Assembly (NCBI GenBank): GCA_028534125.1
Contig: CM052817.1
Span: 33,296,001 to 33,360,000 of the forward strand
DNA from: Lama glama
Lineage: Eukaryota
Reading direction: 5' to 3'
Length of the DNA: 64,000 bases
The position numbers and the translations under genes were made by a program. Shown here one piece after another: positions 13,759 through 26,580 of the stretch. The notes under the pieces are model-generated. The model searched no databases. It saw nothing but the letters and a program-made list of their open reading frames with translations, and had not been told where the DNA came from. The first letter of the stretch is position 1; each line of letters begins with the position of its first letter.

Positions 13759-14231
13759 TGTGAAAGACCATGAGAGACTGGACAGCTTGGGCACTTCTCA
13801 TGTACCCCATGCCCCCTAAACTCATATCTGCCATAATTACTCTTTAGCCATTGATGATTGGGGTCAGATGAACACTACAGAGATGGCTATGGAAGAAAGG
13901 ACCATTTCCCAGAGAGACACAAATTTCCTACCTAAATGGTGACATGGGGAGGGTCAATCGCAGCCCTTGGGTCCTTTCAGAGGAACCCCCTTGCTCCACA
14001 CATCTGCACGCCTACAGGACCTGAGACTTCCTTTGGGTGGTCAGAGTCTTGGCCTTTGTCAGTTAGTTTGAGGTCAGAACGGTGCGGTGCCTGAGAGCGC
14101 TGCTTTGTCTGAAGAATTCCCAGAGGCCTCCCAGCCACACCCACAGAAGCTCTTACTCTCTGGGGAATTTCGGCATGCCCTCCCAGGAACTCTTATCTCC
14201 TCTCACCTCCTGTCTGTCACAATGTCTGGTG

Positions 14232-14443
14232 CGGTGCTTCTCCATACAGGGGGGTTTTGCCCTCCAGGGAGCATCTGGCAACATCCGGAGACATTGTTAA
14301 TAGTCAAAACTTGGGAGGTGTCAGTGGCGTCTAGTGGGCAGTAGCTGGGGATGCTGCTACGTATCCTGCACTGCACAAGACAGCTCCCACAGCCAAGAAC
14401 CATCCAGCCCTGAGTGCTGGTGTTGGCGAGGCTGGGAAACCTG
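14232..14443 (+). mobile_element. MER20 (hAT-Charlie)
   Basis: ggggggttttgccctccaggg...tggcaacatccggagacatt...tctagtgggcagtagctggggatgctgct...gggaaacctg. Confidence 0.85.
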
Positions 14444-14649
14444 GATCTTGATCATTTAATCAGATGTCAACCGAATGCATGGAGAATATGATGGATGCCA
14501 ATTCTGAAAGAGCAGTTCTTTGTCCATTAAGCAGACAATCACCACAGTATGGACATAGAGGGCTGGTCAGGAAGCTTGAGGGGATGTGAAGGGCGGGCTG
14601 CCCAAGACCTCTCACCCTCTCACCACCTCCCTCCCTGCCCTCTTCCATC

Positions 14650-14870
14650 CTGTTAAGAGCTTGGATGAGTAGCAGACCTGGTTTCAAACCCAGTCCTGCT
14701 GCTTGGTGACTTTGGACAAGTGACTTAACCTCTTTAAACCTGTTTTTCCACCTAAAAAATGGAAATTACAATAGTACTTCTCAGAATCATGAGAATTAAA
14801 CAATATAAGCTAAGTCTTGTAAAGAGATTGACAGTATCTGCACATGAGGAGAACTCAGTGACTATTATTA
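14650..14870 (+). mobile_element. MIR
   Basis: gtgactttggacaagtgacttaacctctttaaacctgtttttccacctaaaaaatggaaat. Confidence 0.8.
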
Positions 14871-16413
14871 TTCCATGAACTGAGTACCTGCTGAACACAA
14901 GGCACCTTTTCCAGGTATTTCCTAGCCACTCAGTGCCAGCTGGTGACAACTTTTTATTAGTCTACAAAACATTAAGAGTCTTAACAATGATAAGCCTCAC
15001 TCTTCAGGAATAAAGCCCAAAAAGTATGTTGAACTCACTGTTTCAAATTTCACTTTAGTGATAAAGAAGGCAAATTAAAAGTGAGCTAAGAGAAAACAAT
15101 GTAGTCTATATTGAGGTGTTTATGCACACGTGTAGGTATAAGCCTATGTATTTGTTTATGGTCCTTGGAAAGAAGTTTATACGATGAAGTCTGTCAGAAA
15201 ACACAGCACTAGCCAGGACTCTTGTAGCAAAGCCTGGGAAACTCTAGGGCTGTCCTGTTCCAGGACGGAGCGGGATTCCACGTCAGGTGACCTGGAGGAC
15301 ATCTCGGGTGGGATCGGTTACTTGGGCACCAGAAGGGCCTCTTTGACAGATGGCCAAGCAGAGACTCTGAGGCTCGTGCCAGACTGAGCTCAGGGTGTTT
15401 CTGGAAGGTCACTGTTGCAAACTCAGAGAACCAGTTCTGTGAGGTTGGCTCAAAGAGGGTATTTAGAGTAACAGAGAGGTGTGGCAATGGAGTGGAGGAA
15501 GTCTGGGTAAGGATTACACGCAGCACAGTCAAAACGCTCTTCTCCATCTTCAAAAGAGTGAGGGAGAGGCAATGCTTGGCCCTGGCCCTCAGACAATGCC
15601 CTGATTCTTGCCAGCTGCAGGTGATCAAGCCCACAAAATCACCAGTGAGCCAGGAGATAATCTGGGCGATAAGAACTCAGGCAGGCAGCCCCTGGGCCAA
15701 AAATAAGGGCTGAAAATTTAGCTTAACTGTACTTCCGCCTGTGTGTTTTCTCGTGGGGCAGGAGACATATTTAAAAGCATAGATTTGCTCCGTACTTGGG
15801 GATACACCATGGAGCTAACACAAAGCAAAAATCCTTCAGGCTCCCTTGGCAAGGGAACTCTTAGAAAGCTTTGGACACTGCAGCCATGACAGAGCTCCCT
15901 AGGAACATTCCAGAAGACAGGCTGGATTTCCCAGCATTTGGTGGCCACCCCAGGAGTATGGCAGCATCTTCCTGTCCAAGGGGTGAATGAATAGATTTAG
16001 GAATTTCCTTCACTAGGGTGGGCTGTTCTCAGTATTAAGAAGTCAGCGGGTGTAACCATCAGCATTTCCCCATTGGGCTAGTCCTGAAAAGGGAAGAGAT
16101 TTATCTACTTAAATCAAAGAGTTCAAGGGCCAGAGAAATTGCCTTTTAGTAATGGGAGTGGCTGTCACTGAGGAAGGTGACAAAGAACCATTAATTCTAC
16201 TCTTTATTTTCTATCTAACCAGCTGAGAAAAGATAGACTTATGGAAGGGAGATAGTTTGAGTGACAGGCATTCTGTCCTTTCTTCTGACACTCTGTGAAC
16301 TGAGGTCAGCAGGGGCAAGAGGTCTGCATGTCTCTTTCTTGACCTCTCACATAACTACCTTCACTGAGTTTAGTTTAGAAGAACTATGCACTCATCTCCT
16401 GTCTATGGACAGT

Positions 16414-16507
16414 AGGAAAAAAGAAAGAAGAGAAAAGAAAAGAAAAGAAAAAGAAAGAAAGAAAGGAAGAAAGAAAGAAGAAAAAAGAAAGAAAAAAAGA
16501 AAGGAAA
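16414..16507. repeat. Purine-rich (GAAA)n-type simple repeat
   Basis: Direct reading. Confidence 0.9.
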
Positions 16508-16947
16508 CAGGCATTTTGGCATCATTAGTGCTTATGTCAGTGTCCCAATAAATGTGTTTTGGATGAATGACCGAATCAGTGGGAAATACCAACTTTTGTG
16601 CATGTTAGTGAGGATTTTAATCACTGTATCAGTCACAGTTCCCTTTATAAAGCCTAACACGGTCAATTTCTACTCCAAGTTTAGATGAGGAAACCTTTGT
16701 ACCTGTAAAGGAATGGCTTGCTTTCTTCCTTTCTGAACGTGAGAATGATGTCATTGGGTATATCTCCCTTCTGCTCTGGTTGCTGGGAAGCTCAGAGTTA
16801 AAGCTGATGCCCAACTCGACCAATGAAAAAGGCTCTTACGGAATCTGCACTTGAGTCTTAATTCCTCTGGTCTTATCATCCTAATCTTACTTATACTTCC
16901 CTTGTTTCTCGTTTAAATTCTTGATGATGTTTCCCATCATTTTATCG

Positions 16948-17408
16948 CAGTGTTCACAACCTCAGATGCCTCCAATTGCCAGACAGGTAGCAGTAAATAA
17001 CTGAAGCAAGTAGGGTAATAGGGCTTGGTGCAGACTATGGTTAACAGAGGGAGGTCTTTCCTGGTGATTCTACTCAAAAAGCATCGTCCCCTGATCCCAT
17101 AACCAATCTCTATCCCCTAGACCTGCTTACTCATAGCCTTGATCATTTTCTGTAATTATCTTTTTTATCTGTTCACCAGTACCCAGAGCAGTGCCTGGCA
17201 CAGAACTGTCCCCCAACCCACATCTGTGGAGTGAGTGAGTTAATGAATGAATGTGAGACCAGTGTGGCTAGATTTTTCCTACATTTTAACAGAATTTGAA
17301 ATTTGGATTTTACATGACATCTCCTGATTCTTAGGTGTTGGTGGCAAATATGAAACATTAAAAACACCATGCTGGCCAGAAACGGGCCATGTTAGTGTGT
17401 GACCTCTT
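16948..17408 (-). mobile_element. MER102-like hAT element split by an L2 3' end (about 17055-17255, + strand)
   Basis: cagtgttcacaacctcagatgcc and ccagtgtggctagatttt...gtgtgacctct halves; inner cagtgcctggcacag...gaatgaatg L2 tail. Confidence 0.65.
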
Positions 17409-18213
17409 TTCTAATTTGTATTTTCTGGTTGTAGCCACAATGAAGAATGTTCCTCTGTGGAATGAAGTAGAATACAAATAAATAAAAACCCATGAGTGTT
17501 TTTATGGTTTATAATGCATCATGGTCCTCTAGTATTTCATTATTGTTCTAATTTTACATGTAAGGAAATTGAGGCCCCTGAGGAGATGACGTGAATCTGT
17601 GAGATTAGAGGAGGAGGAAGCTATGAAAGTCAGGGCCACCCCGCGGACTGTCAGAGCTGGCCTCCTGGTCAGATATTCAGGAAAGAGGGAGGAAAAGCCC
17701 TTCTTGTTCCTCTTTTCTTCCTGTCCCAGAACCAGAAGTTAGGAGGATGCTTCTAACAGCAGAGTTCAGAGTCAACCTTGTGCTGGGTCTGTTTCCCCAC
17801 CTTTCAGTGCAGAAGGGACCATCAGTGTCCTTCTCATATGCCTTGGCTCACCTGCCACTAGTCAAGAACTACATGCTTAAAATAGTTCAAGAGCACACAC
17901 ACACAACTGAATAATCAAACATATCTCACAATGTCTCTTTCATTTCTGGATCTTCCATACCATATTGATCTCATTTGTTTTAGGAGACAATCTCCTGATA
18001 TCATTGGTAGAGTTGTAAGTTCTTTGTGATTTAGCAGAGAATGTCTCATCCAAGTTTTTGAGTGCATACCCAAGTTCTGACCAAGATTTATTTTATGTAT
18101 TTATTTTCCCAGAGAAGAGCTTTACAGTAAAATTTTAGTATTGAAATTTAGTTCTCCAATATTTCTAGGAAACTCTGAGATATGGAAAATTTCTCTATTA
18201 ACTATAGGATTTT

Positions 18214-19247
18214 CTACTTGCAAATGATGTGACTGACAAAGGTTTAATTTCCAGAAAATATAAACAGTTCATACAACTTAAATAACAAACAAACAAACAA
18301 CCCAATCCAAAAATGGGCAGAACATCTAAACAAGCAACTCTCCAATGAAGACATATAAATGACCAATAGGCACATGAAAAAATGCTCAATATCACTAATT
18401 ATCAGAACTACAATGAGGTATCACCTCACACCAGTCAGAATGGCCATCTTTCAAAAGTATACAAATAATAAATGCTGGAGAGGGTGCGAATTAAAGGGAA
18501 CCCTCTTACGCTATTGGTGGGAATGCAGTTTGGTGCAGCCGTTATGGAATGCAGTATGGAGATTCCTCAAAAAACTAATAATAGACTCACCACATGATCC
18601 ATCAATCCCACTCCTGAGCATATATCTCAAAGGATGTCTAGTTCGAAATGTTACATGCACCCCAATGTTCACAGCAGCACTATTTACAATAGCCAAGACA
18701 TGGAAACACCCTAAATGTCCATCGACAGATGACTGGATAAAGAAGCTGTGGTATATTTATACAACAGAATACTACTCAGCCATAAAAAAGAATACAATAA
18801 TGCCACTTGCAGCAACATGGATGGACCTGGAGATCATCATTCTAAGTGAGGTAAACCAGAAAGAAAAAGAAAATACCGTATGATATCACTCATATGTGAA
18901 ATCTAAAAAGAGAGAAAAGAAGACACTAATGAACTTACCTACAAAACAGAAACAGACTCAGAGACACAGTAAGCAATCTTATGGTTACCAGTGGGTGGGG
19001 GGGTGGAAAGGGGTGGGACGGGAAAAATTGAGAGTTTGAGATTTGCAAATATTAACTAGTATATATATAAAATAGATAAACAAGTTTCTTCTGTATAGCA
19101 CAGGGAAAAATATCAATATCTTGTAGTAACCTATAATGAAAAAGAATATGAAAACAAATACATGCATATACATGTAAGACTGAAATACTACACTGTACAT
19201 CAGAAATAATTGATGTATTATAAACTGACTCTACTTCAATTTTTTAA
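18214..19247 (+). mobile_element. 5'-truncated lineage L1 (ORF2 C-terminus plus 3' UTR)
   Basis: Perfect 14-bp TSD aactataggatttt at 18200-18213 and 19248-19261; encodes L1 ORF2 C-terminal peptide. Confidence 0.95.
18359..18883 (+). pseudogene. Degenerate L1 ORF2p C-terminal fragment
   Basis: [13 protein letters not shown]...[18 protein letters not shown]...[14 protein letters not shown]...YYSAIKKN...TWMDLE; the His of the CX3CX7HX4C zinc knuckle is replaced by Arg. Confidence 0.9.
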
Positions 19248-19409
19248 AACTATAGGATTTTTTTCCTTCTACAATTCTCCTAACCATTTGTCCCAGAATC
19301 ACTTTGTTAAGGAAAAGCAGTCAGGCTTTATTTATTTAGTTGTTATTCTTAATTGCGGTAAAATACGCATAATATGAAATTTACCATTTTAACCATTTCT
19401 AAGGGTACA

Positions 19410-19936
19410 TACAGCATCATTTCTGTGATATTCTTGCCAAAGTTGTAGAATTTGAATCTAAGGGTAAGAACACTGACAAACCCAAAGTGAGGAACATTCT
19501 ACAGAATAATTAGCCTGTATTTTTTAAGTGTCAAGGTCGTGAAACTGAAGGAAATACCAAGGAAGAGTTCCATATTGGAGCAGACTAAGTAGAGGTGCTG
19601 ACTAAGTGCAACTCTTGATTCTAGAATACTCTTTCACTAGAAAGGCTATTATTGGGATGATGGACAAAAACTAGAACTGGTCTAAGGATGCAATGGGAAC
19701 TGATGAAAATGTACTGGGGTCTGAGGATTGGATAATAGTCATGAATCAATGTTAATTTCCTGATTTTCTGGTTGTATAGGAGAATGTCCTTGCTCATGAG
19801 AAATGTACACTAAAGTATTTGGGGGAAGATGAGGCATCATCCTGGGAGCTTATTCTCAAAGAGTTCAGGGAAAATATAGTACAAAATTATTTGGACTGTA
19901 CATGCAACTTTTCTGTAAGTTTGAGGTTTTTCAAAG
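19410..19936 (+). mobile_element. L1MC4/5-like 3' UTR
   Basis: cagcatcatttctgtgatattcttgccaaa, gacaaacccaaagtgaggaacattctacag, atcaatgttaatttcctgattt, gcaacttttctgtaagtttga. Confidence 0.8.
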
Positions 19937-19961
19937 TAGTATATATATCTTCATTTATTTT

Positions 19962-19995
19962 ATATCTATCTATCTATCTATTATCTATCTATCTC
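19962..19995. repeat. (TCTA)n microsatellite
   Basis: Direct reading. Confidence 0.8.
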
Positions 19996-20582
19996 CACAT
20001 GTAATGAGTATGTTAGATTAGAATGATCATGTTTTCCAGATTTGCAGGGCACAGGTACCCAGAGACAGCTCCACAGAGCATGGAGCAGCTGCCCCAGCAG
20101 CAGAACCAGGGTTTATCTGCGGCATGTTGGTTCTCGCATGAGGTGGAAGAGATGGGCGTTCTCACTCTACTCTGTTAGTAAAGGATGGACAGATACCAGA
20201 ATAACTAGACAGAGAGAACGCAGTATCTGTAGGGCTGATGGTGCCAACTACTTGACTTATCTGATGCTGGGTTCATCTGCCAGAACCAAGAAAGCAGAAA
20301 CACAGAGGGCCCCTTTGTCCTCTGGGGAAATCTGTGGCATAATGGAGGCCAGTTCTTCTGTGACTATCTGGAATGTGGATTCTTCAGGGAACCCCATGTT
20401 CATCTGGGGCTTGGCCTGAAGTGCTAACAAGAACCACCACTGTCTGTCAGGTACCTTCTAAGGGCCAGAAACTGGCCTCGGTGTTTCATTTGTTCTTTTT
20501 ATAGTTACTACGATGGTTCTCCTTGTTAAGTATTGCCTCCGTCTTATAGATGAGGAAATAAGGCTTCAAGAAGCAGGCTCAT

Positions 20583-20957
20583 TATTACAGGGTGAATGGT
20601 ATTCCCCTTAATTCGTATGCTGAAGCCCTGTATCTCAGAAGGTGGCTGGATTTGGAGATAGGGCCCTTAAAGAGGTGATGAAGTTCAAAAGAGGTCCTTA
20701 GGGTGGAGCCTAATCCAATCAAACTGGTGTCCCTGTAAGAAGAAATTTGGACATGCAGGGAGACACCAGAGGTACAGACGCACAGCGGGACAGCCATGGG
20801 AAGACACAGCAAGAAGGAGACCAACTGCAAGCCAAGGAGAGCGGCCTAGCCCTGACCTTGGACTTCCAGCCTCCTGAACTACGAGAAAACACATTTTTGT
20901 CATTTAAGCCATGCACACTGTGATGTTTTGTTATGGCAACCTGAGCAGACTAACACA
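20583..20957 (+). mobile_element. MLT1A/B-like MaLR solo LTR
   Basis: atttggagatagggccctt...agggtggagcctaatccaat...ggacttccagcctcctgaact...gttatggcaacctgagcagactaacaca. Confidence 0.9.
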
Positions 20958-21264
20958 GTTATGCTGTGCATCTGGGGGAGATGAAGTGTGTACTCAAAAT
21001 TAAATTTGTGGAGCTTTGTTCTCTGCCACCTCCCTATACACAGGGCCTCTGCTGTAAAACTTCTCCCCGTCTCCCCCAACAGGCTGCCCAGAATGACCCA
21101 TCCAGAATCTCCCAGATTTAGCAGATCCCCCTCTGCGATTCCACAGCACTTACCACACTGCGTACAGTTAGTTGCACACAACAAACCACAAGATGTGATC
21201 AGAAAGAGAGGCTCCTCTTATCTGTATTCTCAGCATCTCCCATGGAGCCAGGCACAAGGTGATT

Positions 21265-21490
21265 AAATAGCATTTACTGAGCACTTAGATGTGGGCAAAG
21301 ACTGCACGGGTATTATCTCATTTAAACCATAAGACGACTCCAGGAGGGAGGCGTCACCCTTATTCCCATTTTATGTGTCAGAAAACTGAGGTCACAGGGA
21401 TGAACTGAGTGACCCTGGGACACAGAGCTAGTGGGTGTTAGAACCAGGATTCACATCCAGATAATCCAGTTCCCCAGCCTGTGCTTCACC
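21265..21490 (-). mobile_element. MIR
   Basis: tagcatttactgagcactta...cccattttatgtgtcagaaaactgaggtc...agaaccaggattcacatccag. Confidence 0.8.
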
Positions 21491-23419
21491 CCCTGCTCTG
21501 CTACTGTAGTTTTACTGTAAGCGTGCACTCCTTCCCTGCCTGGGGGAACGTGCGGCTCTGAAACGCTCTCCCTCAAGCCAGTCCCCACTCCGAGCTAAGC
21601 CCAAGTGTGACGCCCCGTTCCTGTGGAGAGCCTTCCCACGTAGAACCTCCTCCCCCAGCCCCCACTCTGGATGCCTCAGCACTGCCTGGCGGACGGTCTG
21701 CACCACGCCCTGACCTGTGACCCAGAGGCGGGCACCAGGGCCATCGCTTATCAACGTTTGCTGAACCGGATTCGATGCTCAGGGATGGACATAAACAGGG
21801 GTCAGCAACACAGTGGTGTGTTGTATCGGGCGCTGTGGCTACTTCCCAATCATCCAGAAGCGTTCCAAGGGTTGAGCTTCCTTCCTCTCATCAGATCTTT
21901 CGCCAGGATACGCAGTCTGGATTTTGGTTTAGAAAATGGAGTCACCACTCTACTGAAAAGAGACAGGAGTGGAGACAAGATTGCTGTCTGTCACTCAACT
22001 ACCTACACGCTGCTGGGCAAGTCCCAGTTTCTCTGGACCAAAGTCTCTCCGTGGGTAAAACTGCACTGGTGACCCCTATTTCTACCGTAGAAATGAAACA
22101 AAATACGTGACTGTGTTTTCAATATTGATGAAGAATAACGTTATAGGAACCCAGTCACCATTGATTAAGTGACCTTACATTTTAACTGACCTGTTTGGCC
22201 AGTAAAAAGTTAAATAAAAAAGCAGTTTTTCTTTTTCAAAGTAAAACGACGAAGGTATGCACGAAAACTGGCGCAGAAAAAAATCAGGCAGAAAGAGAAC
22301 AAATGTCCTGAGGCCTTTCTAGACTGTTTTGAAAGAGACAGAACATGATATTTCTATCTTGTCAGTTCCCAACAATCTGGTGTGTGTGGGGGGGGGGTGG
22401 GCAGGGGTGGGGTGGAGGCTGGGCTCGGGAAGTCAGGGGTAAAGTTTTCCTCAATTGCCTGAGCTGTGACCAGCTGGGGGAAGCAGGCCTCTTACCTTTG
22501 CTGGATTGCGCATCAGTTCCCAGCCACAGGAGGCCTCCAGGTAAAGTCCATTTGGGAGCTGAGTTTTTCTGACTCAGCAGTGGCCCAGGGAAATTCTCCT
22601 TCTCTTCCCTGTGCGCCGTCTTCCAGACATGCATGAGAACCACTCCGCCTTGGAGTTCACCAGCTCATCCTCTGCCCCTTCTGCAGGCCTCTACACAGAG
22701 CTGACCTGTACATCTGAGAGCAGTCCCTGGGGACACCCGGGGAGCGCGGTCCCCACAGAGCAGCCACCCAGGGGCATTGGCGACAACTCTATTATGGTTT
22801 GGATGGGGCTGAGGCTCCCTCCAACTTCCCTCTGCTCTTGCCAAAGCCAGGACCCTTTTGTTCACCTTTGAGGCTGCCAAGTCAGGCCCACCGCACCCCT
22901 GGCTGTTGTTTTCCTGCAGGCAGTGGGAAAATGAGCTTGGAGCCGGGGAAAGGAAATCAACAAGGAAATAAACACAGGGTCACTGGCCCTCCAGGTCATC
23001 ACCAGGCTGGGACATCATCATGCTGGGGGCCACTTCCCAAAGAGGCAGGAGCTGGCCGCTGCCTGGACAGGCCTCAGAATCCTAGGCATCTTTTAATTTT
23101 TAAACATGCAAAGAAGCGTGCATCTCTATCAGAGGCATGAAATCTGTATCAGACAAGTCAAGCAATCCTGACTCGTTCCAATGTCTTGCCAAATCTTTCA
23201 AAGATTTTTCCATAGACAGCATCTCTCATAAGCGAACACTGGCAAAGCTTTGTAGACAAAGAAAAAGAATGAGCAAGTTTATGGCTGACTCTAGGTAAGA
23301 CCCTTAAAGATCTAGATGAGACTTTCAAAGATATCCTCTAAAGATACAGGATTATCGTTTAAATTAGGATTCCTTTCACTTCCTCTTCGGAGTCACGGCC
23401 ACATCAGCAGCATGATCCT

Positions 23420-23640
23420 TGTCAGCACTTGTTGAGAGCTTACTGTCTGCCAGATCCTGTGCCAGTGACCTCACCTGCATTATTTCATTTGATTCTCAAC
23501 ATAATCCTATAAATAGCTCCATTTTATAGATGAAGAAACTGAGGATTTGACAGACTAAGTCACTCCTGCAAAGAGAACCAGCTAGTTAAAAATGCAGAAA
23601 TTGCCTTTCTGCAAGTGTAGTCTTCTGAGTCTTGTTTTTC
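23420..23640 (-). mobile_element. MIR
   Basis: ccatttttatagatgaagaaactgagg core. Confidence 0.75.
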
Positions 23641-25584
23641 CCACCAGTCTGCTTAAGCATTTCTGTAGACTGACAGCTCTGGCAGTGGCCAAAAAGCTTG
23701 CTTAAACAAAACTCTTAGTTCTGGGAATAGAATTCTTAACAGAAACATGGATCATCGGCTAGTTCAGTGGCCTCTCGCCAGGGCTGTGAATTGGTGCTGC
23801 CTTTATGTAACTGGTCCATAGACCCCACGGAGCCCGTGCCCTCTCTTCTCTCTCATCCCAGGGGTGCTGCTGGCTGCTGGCACGTGGCTCTCCACCGTGA
23901 TTCTGATTTGCCAACAAGGAAGTGCCCTGTAAATCTCTCAGCCTCTGTGTGTGCTTCTGTCATGGCCTGATCACAAGGTTGTCTTTTTGACTTTAGAAGC
24001 CTAATAGTTACGAGCTTCTTTTAGTCAATAATCCCTGGGATGAACGATTCTAAGTCCCAGCCCGGAAATTTCTGCATGATGAGAAGAAATTGGCAGGTGT
24101 GTTTTCAGTCCTCAAGTCCTACTGCAATTTTTTTTTTTTTTTGGCCTCATCTTTACTTCCAATTGTTAGCATGTAGCTCTCGTGTGTGGTTACCCAGGGC
24201 AGCTGGCCGCTGGTCAAAGGAAAGTAAAACCTTTCATTAGGAGACAAGGAGATGCCTCCCAGTGAGGTCCAAGTCATCTGTTTTTGTAAATACAGGAGTT
24301 GTGACATTAGGGCAATTGCTTGCACGTGGAACACTTGTATTTGGTTTGGTGGTGCTTGGGGGTACTTTGCTCTGGGGCCACGTTAAGCCTTTAAACTTGA
24401 GGCTGGTCAGCTTTTGGTTCTCAACAGAGACTACAGGCTTATTGATCAGACTCATGGCAATAAAAAAAGAAGATGGGAGACAGGCTGGGCATGGAGTTTA
24501 GATGTCATTTCATGTTTCTTTCCCAGTGGTTGCAGCTAAACACAGTGCCCAAATATGTTTATAGGCTCTGGTCTTGGAGTTCTTTGATGAGGAAACGCAG
24601 TTCATAACCATCAAATGGGCCTTTCAACCTTATCGTATGAAACGAAAAACCAAAATGTTGGAAAGGAGCTGGGGTAATGAAGGCTTTCATATTCCTCATC
24701 TGCCTCACAGCTTTACACAACCAGGGAATACAGACAGCAGATTTGGGGACTGTCAGAAGCTTCGGGGGTTTCCATTCAGAAAGGTCAGTGAGGTAGACGG
24801 ATCTCATTTCTCCTTCCTCTCCTTTGAACATCTGGATCAGTACTGATTGAATTGGTTACAAGAGTTAAGTCCATTCTGGGATTGACAATAAACACACAAA
24901 CCTCCCAGAAAAATCTTTTGCATGGTCATGTAACCAAGGCAGCTGACTGTTTAAAACTGGAAACAGAGAAGTCACGGATGAAAAACAGGACGTATTAATT
25001 TAGCTTTACAAATGTACCCTTTCCAAAGCCAGAATTACTCACTCCCTGGCAGCTTCTGGTGTGGGGACCTGGGTCTGCTCAAGCTCAGTCTGCTCAAGCT
25101 CCATGGCTTTAGAGCGTCCACTCCATTTGGTGTGGGATCTTCCAGATGAGTGACAGGCTCCAACTCAGCAGAAACGTCCAGAGGCAATTAAAATCCTCAT
25201 GGCGTTTCATCATTATGGGAAAGCAAACGTAACTTTGCCACGCAAGGAAAAATGGCCCATTTTTAGAGTGTCCCAGAAAAGTAATATGCCCAGTTATATG
25301 CAGAGAAAATGTCCTTGTTTTTGGTGCATTTTGAGGGAGGGAATATTAAATCTGAGCTATGTAAAATGCTGGAGGAGCTATTTTAGTCTTCTGCGATAAA
25401 GAAATCAGAACCTGAGCTAGCTTTGTCTCAGGCCCGTTTTCACCCTTACAAGATGCTCAGGATAAAATGGATTTATCAAAATAGGAGGTAGAAAATGGTT
25501 TCCTTAAACTGTTGTGGACTCATTGCTTTTCTTTTCCTCCTCCAAGCACATAACTCGTTTGCCCGCCAATGGCGATAAGGCCGG

Positions 25585-25627
25585 CAGATGGAGGCTCAGG
25601 CGCGTTCGGGGTGGTGTGGCCGTAGAC
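25585..25627 (-). pseudogene. 3'-truncated 5S rRNA retropseudogene fragment (first ~40 nt)
   Basis: Reverse complement gtctacggccacaccaccccgaacgcgcctgagcctccatctg versus mammalian 5S start gtctacggccataccaccctgaacgcgcccgatctcgtctg; begins exactly at 5S nt 1. Confidence 0.85.
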
Positions 25628-25682
25628 CACCCGAGCCTACACACATGGGCGAGGCAACAAGAAGTCCAAAGCTCCACCTCGA

Positions 25683-26580
25683 GGCTTTAAATGTCATCTC
25701 TGTGCCAACAGCTCCCATATTTATATCTCTGGCTCAGACCTCTCTTCTGAGTTTCTGACCGCATTCTCAGAGTCTCACAACCATCACAAACTCCACCATC
25801 CAAAGCCAATGCTTCATCTTTTCTCACCCCTCCTGCTGTTTCCATCTCAGCAAATGGCCCTTTCATCCCTGCAAGTGCTCCAGCCTGGATGGAGCATTGT
25901 TCAGTCTCTCCCTTCAGTCCCACAACCAATGTATGAGTATGTTCTGTCAATTCCACCTGCAAAATGATGATTAACCGCGCCCGCTGTTTTCCATTTCCAC
26001 TACTGCAACTGCCGACCTTCCATCAGCCCTCACCTGGATGCCGCAGTGGTCTGCTAACTGGTCATCTACCCAAATTCAGTCCCTCCACCTGACCTACAGT
26101 CCACATTCCAGCCAGAGTAGACTTTTTAAAAAGTAATTCAGATTATGCCATTAGCCTATCTAAAAGCCTCAAAGCTTTCCAGTGCAATAAGGAAGAAATG
26201 ACATATAAAATCCCCAACTTGGCCTGCTAGGCTTGGCATGATTTAATCCCCGCTCACTTCTCCAGCATTACCTCGGCGACACTAGCTTGCTGTCAGTTTC
26301 TTGAACACTCCAAACTTTTCTCCATCTCGCAGCTTTGCTCTTCCTGGACTGCCGTCTAATGACCTCCACCCCACACGCTCACCTCCCCGGCCAAAAGCAC
26401 ACACTCGCTCTCTCGCCTCTTTCTCATCTTTCAGGTCTCAGCTCAAATGTCATTTCCTAGAGACATATCCCCCCACACCCATTTCCTTTGTTGTACTTGA
26501 TGTGATTTGTTAGCATATTATTTATTTGCCTATTTGTTTAATATATAACTTACTAAGCAGGAGCTGCCTGTTTTGTGTTT
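25683..26580 (+). mobile_element. L2 LINE fragment (RT end and 3' region)
   Basis: ggctttaaatgtcatctctgtgccaacagctcccatatttatatctc (degenerate YADD region); tcaggtctcagctcaaatgtc. Confidence 0.8.

Noticed and set aside
18359..18883. 174-aa ORF as a host gene
   Set aside because: It is the C-terminus of L1 ORF2 in a 5'-truncated insertion with a broken zinc knuckle.
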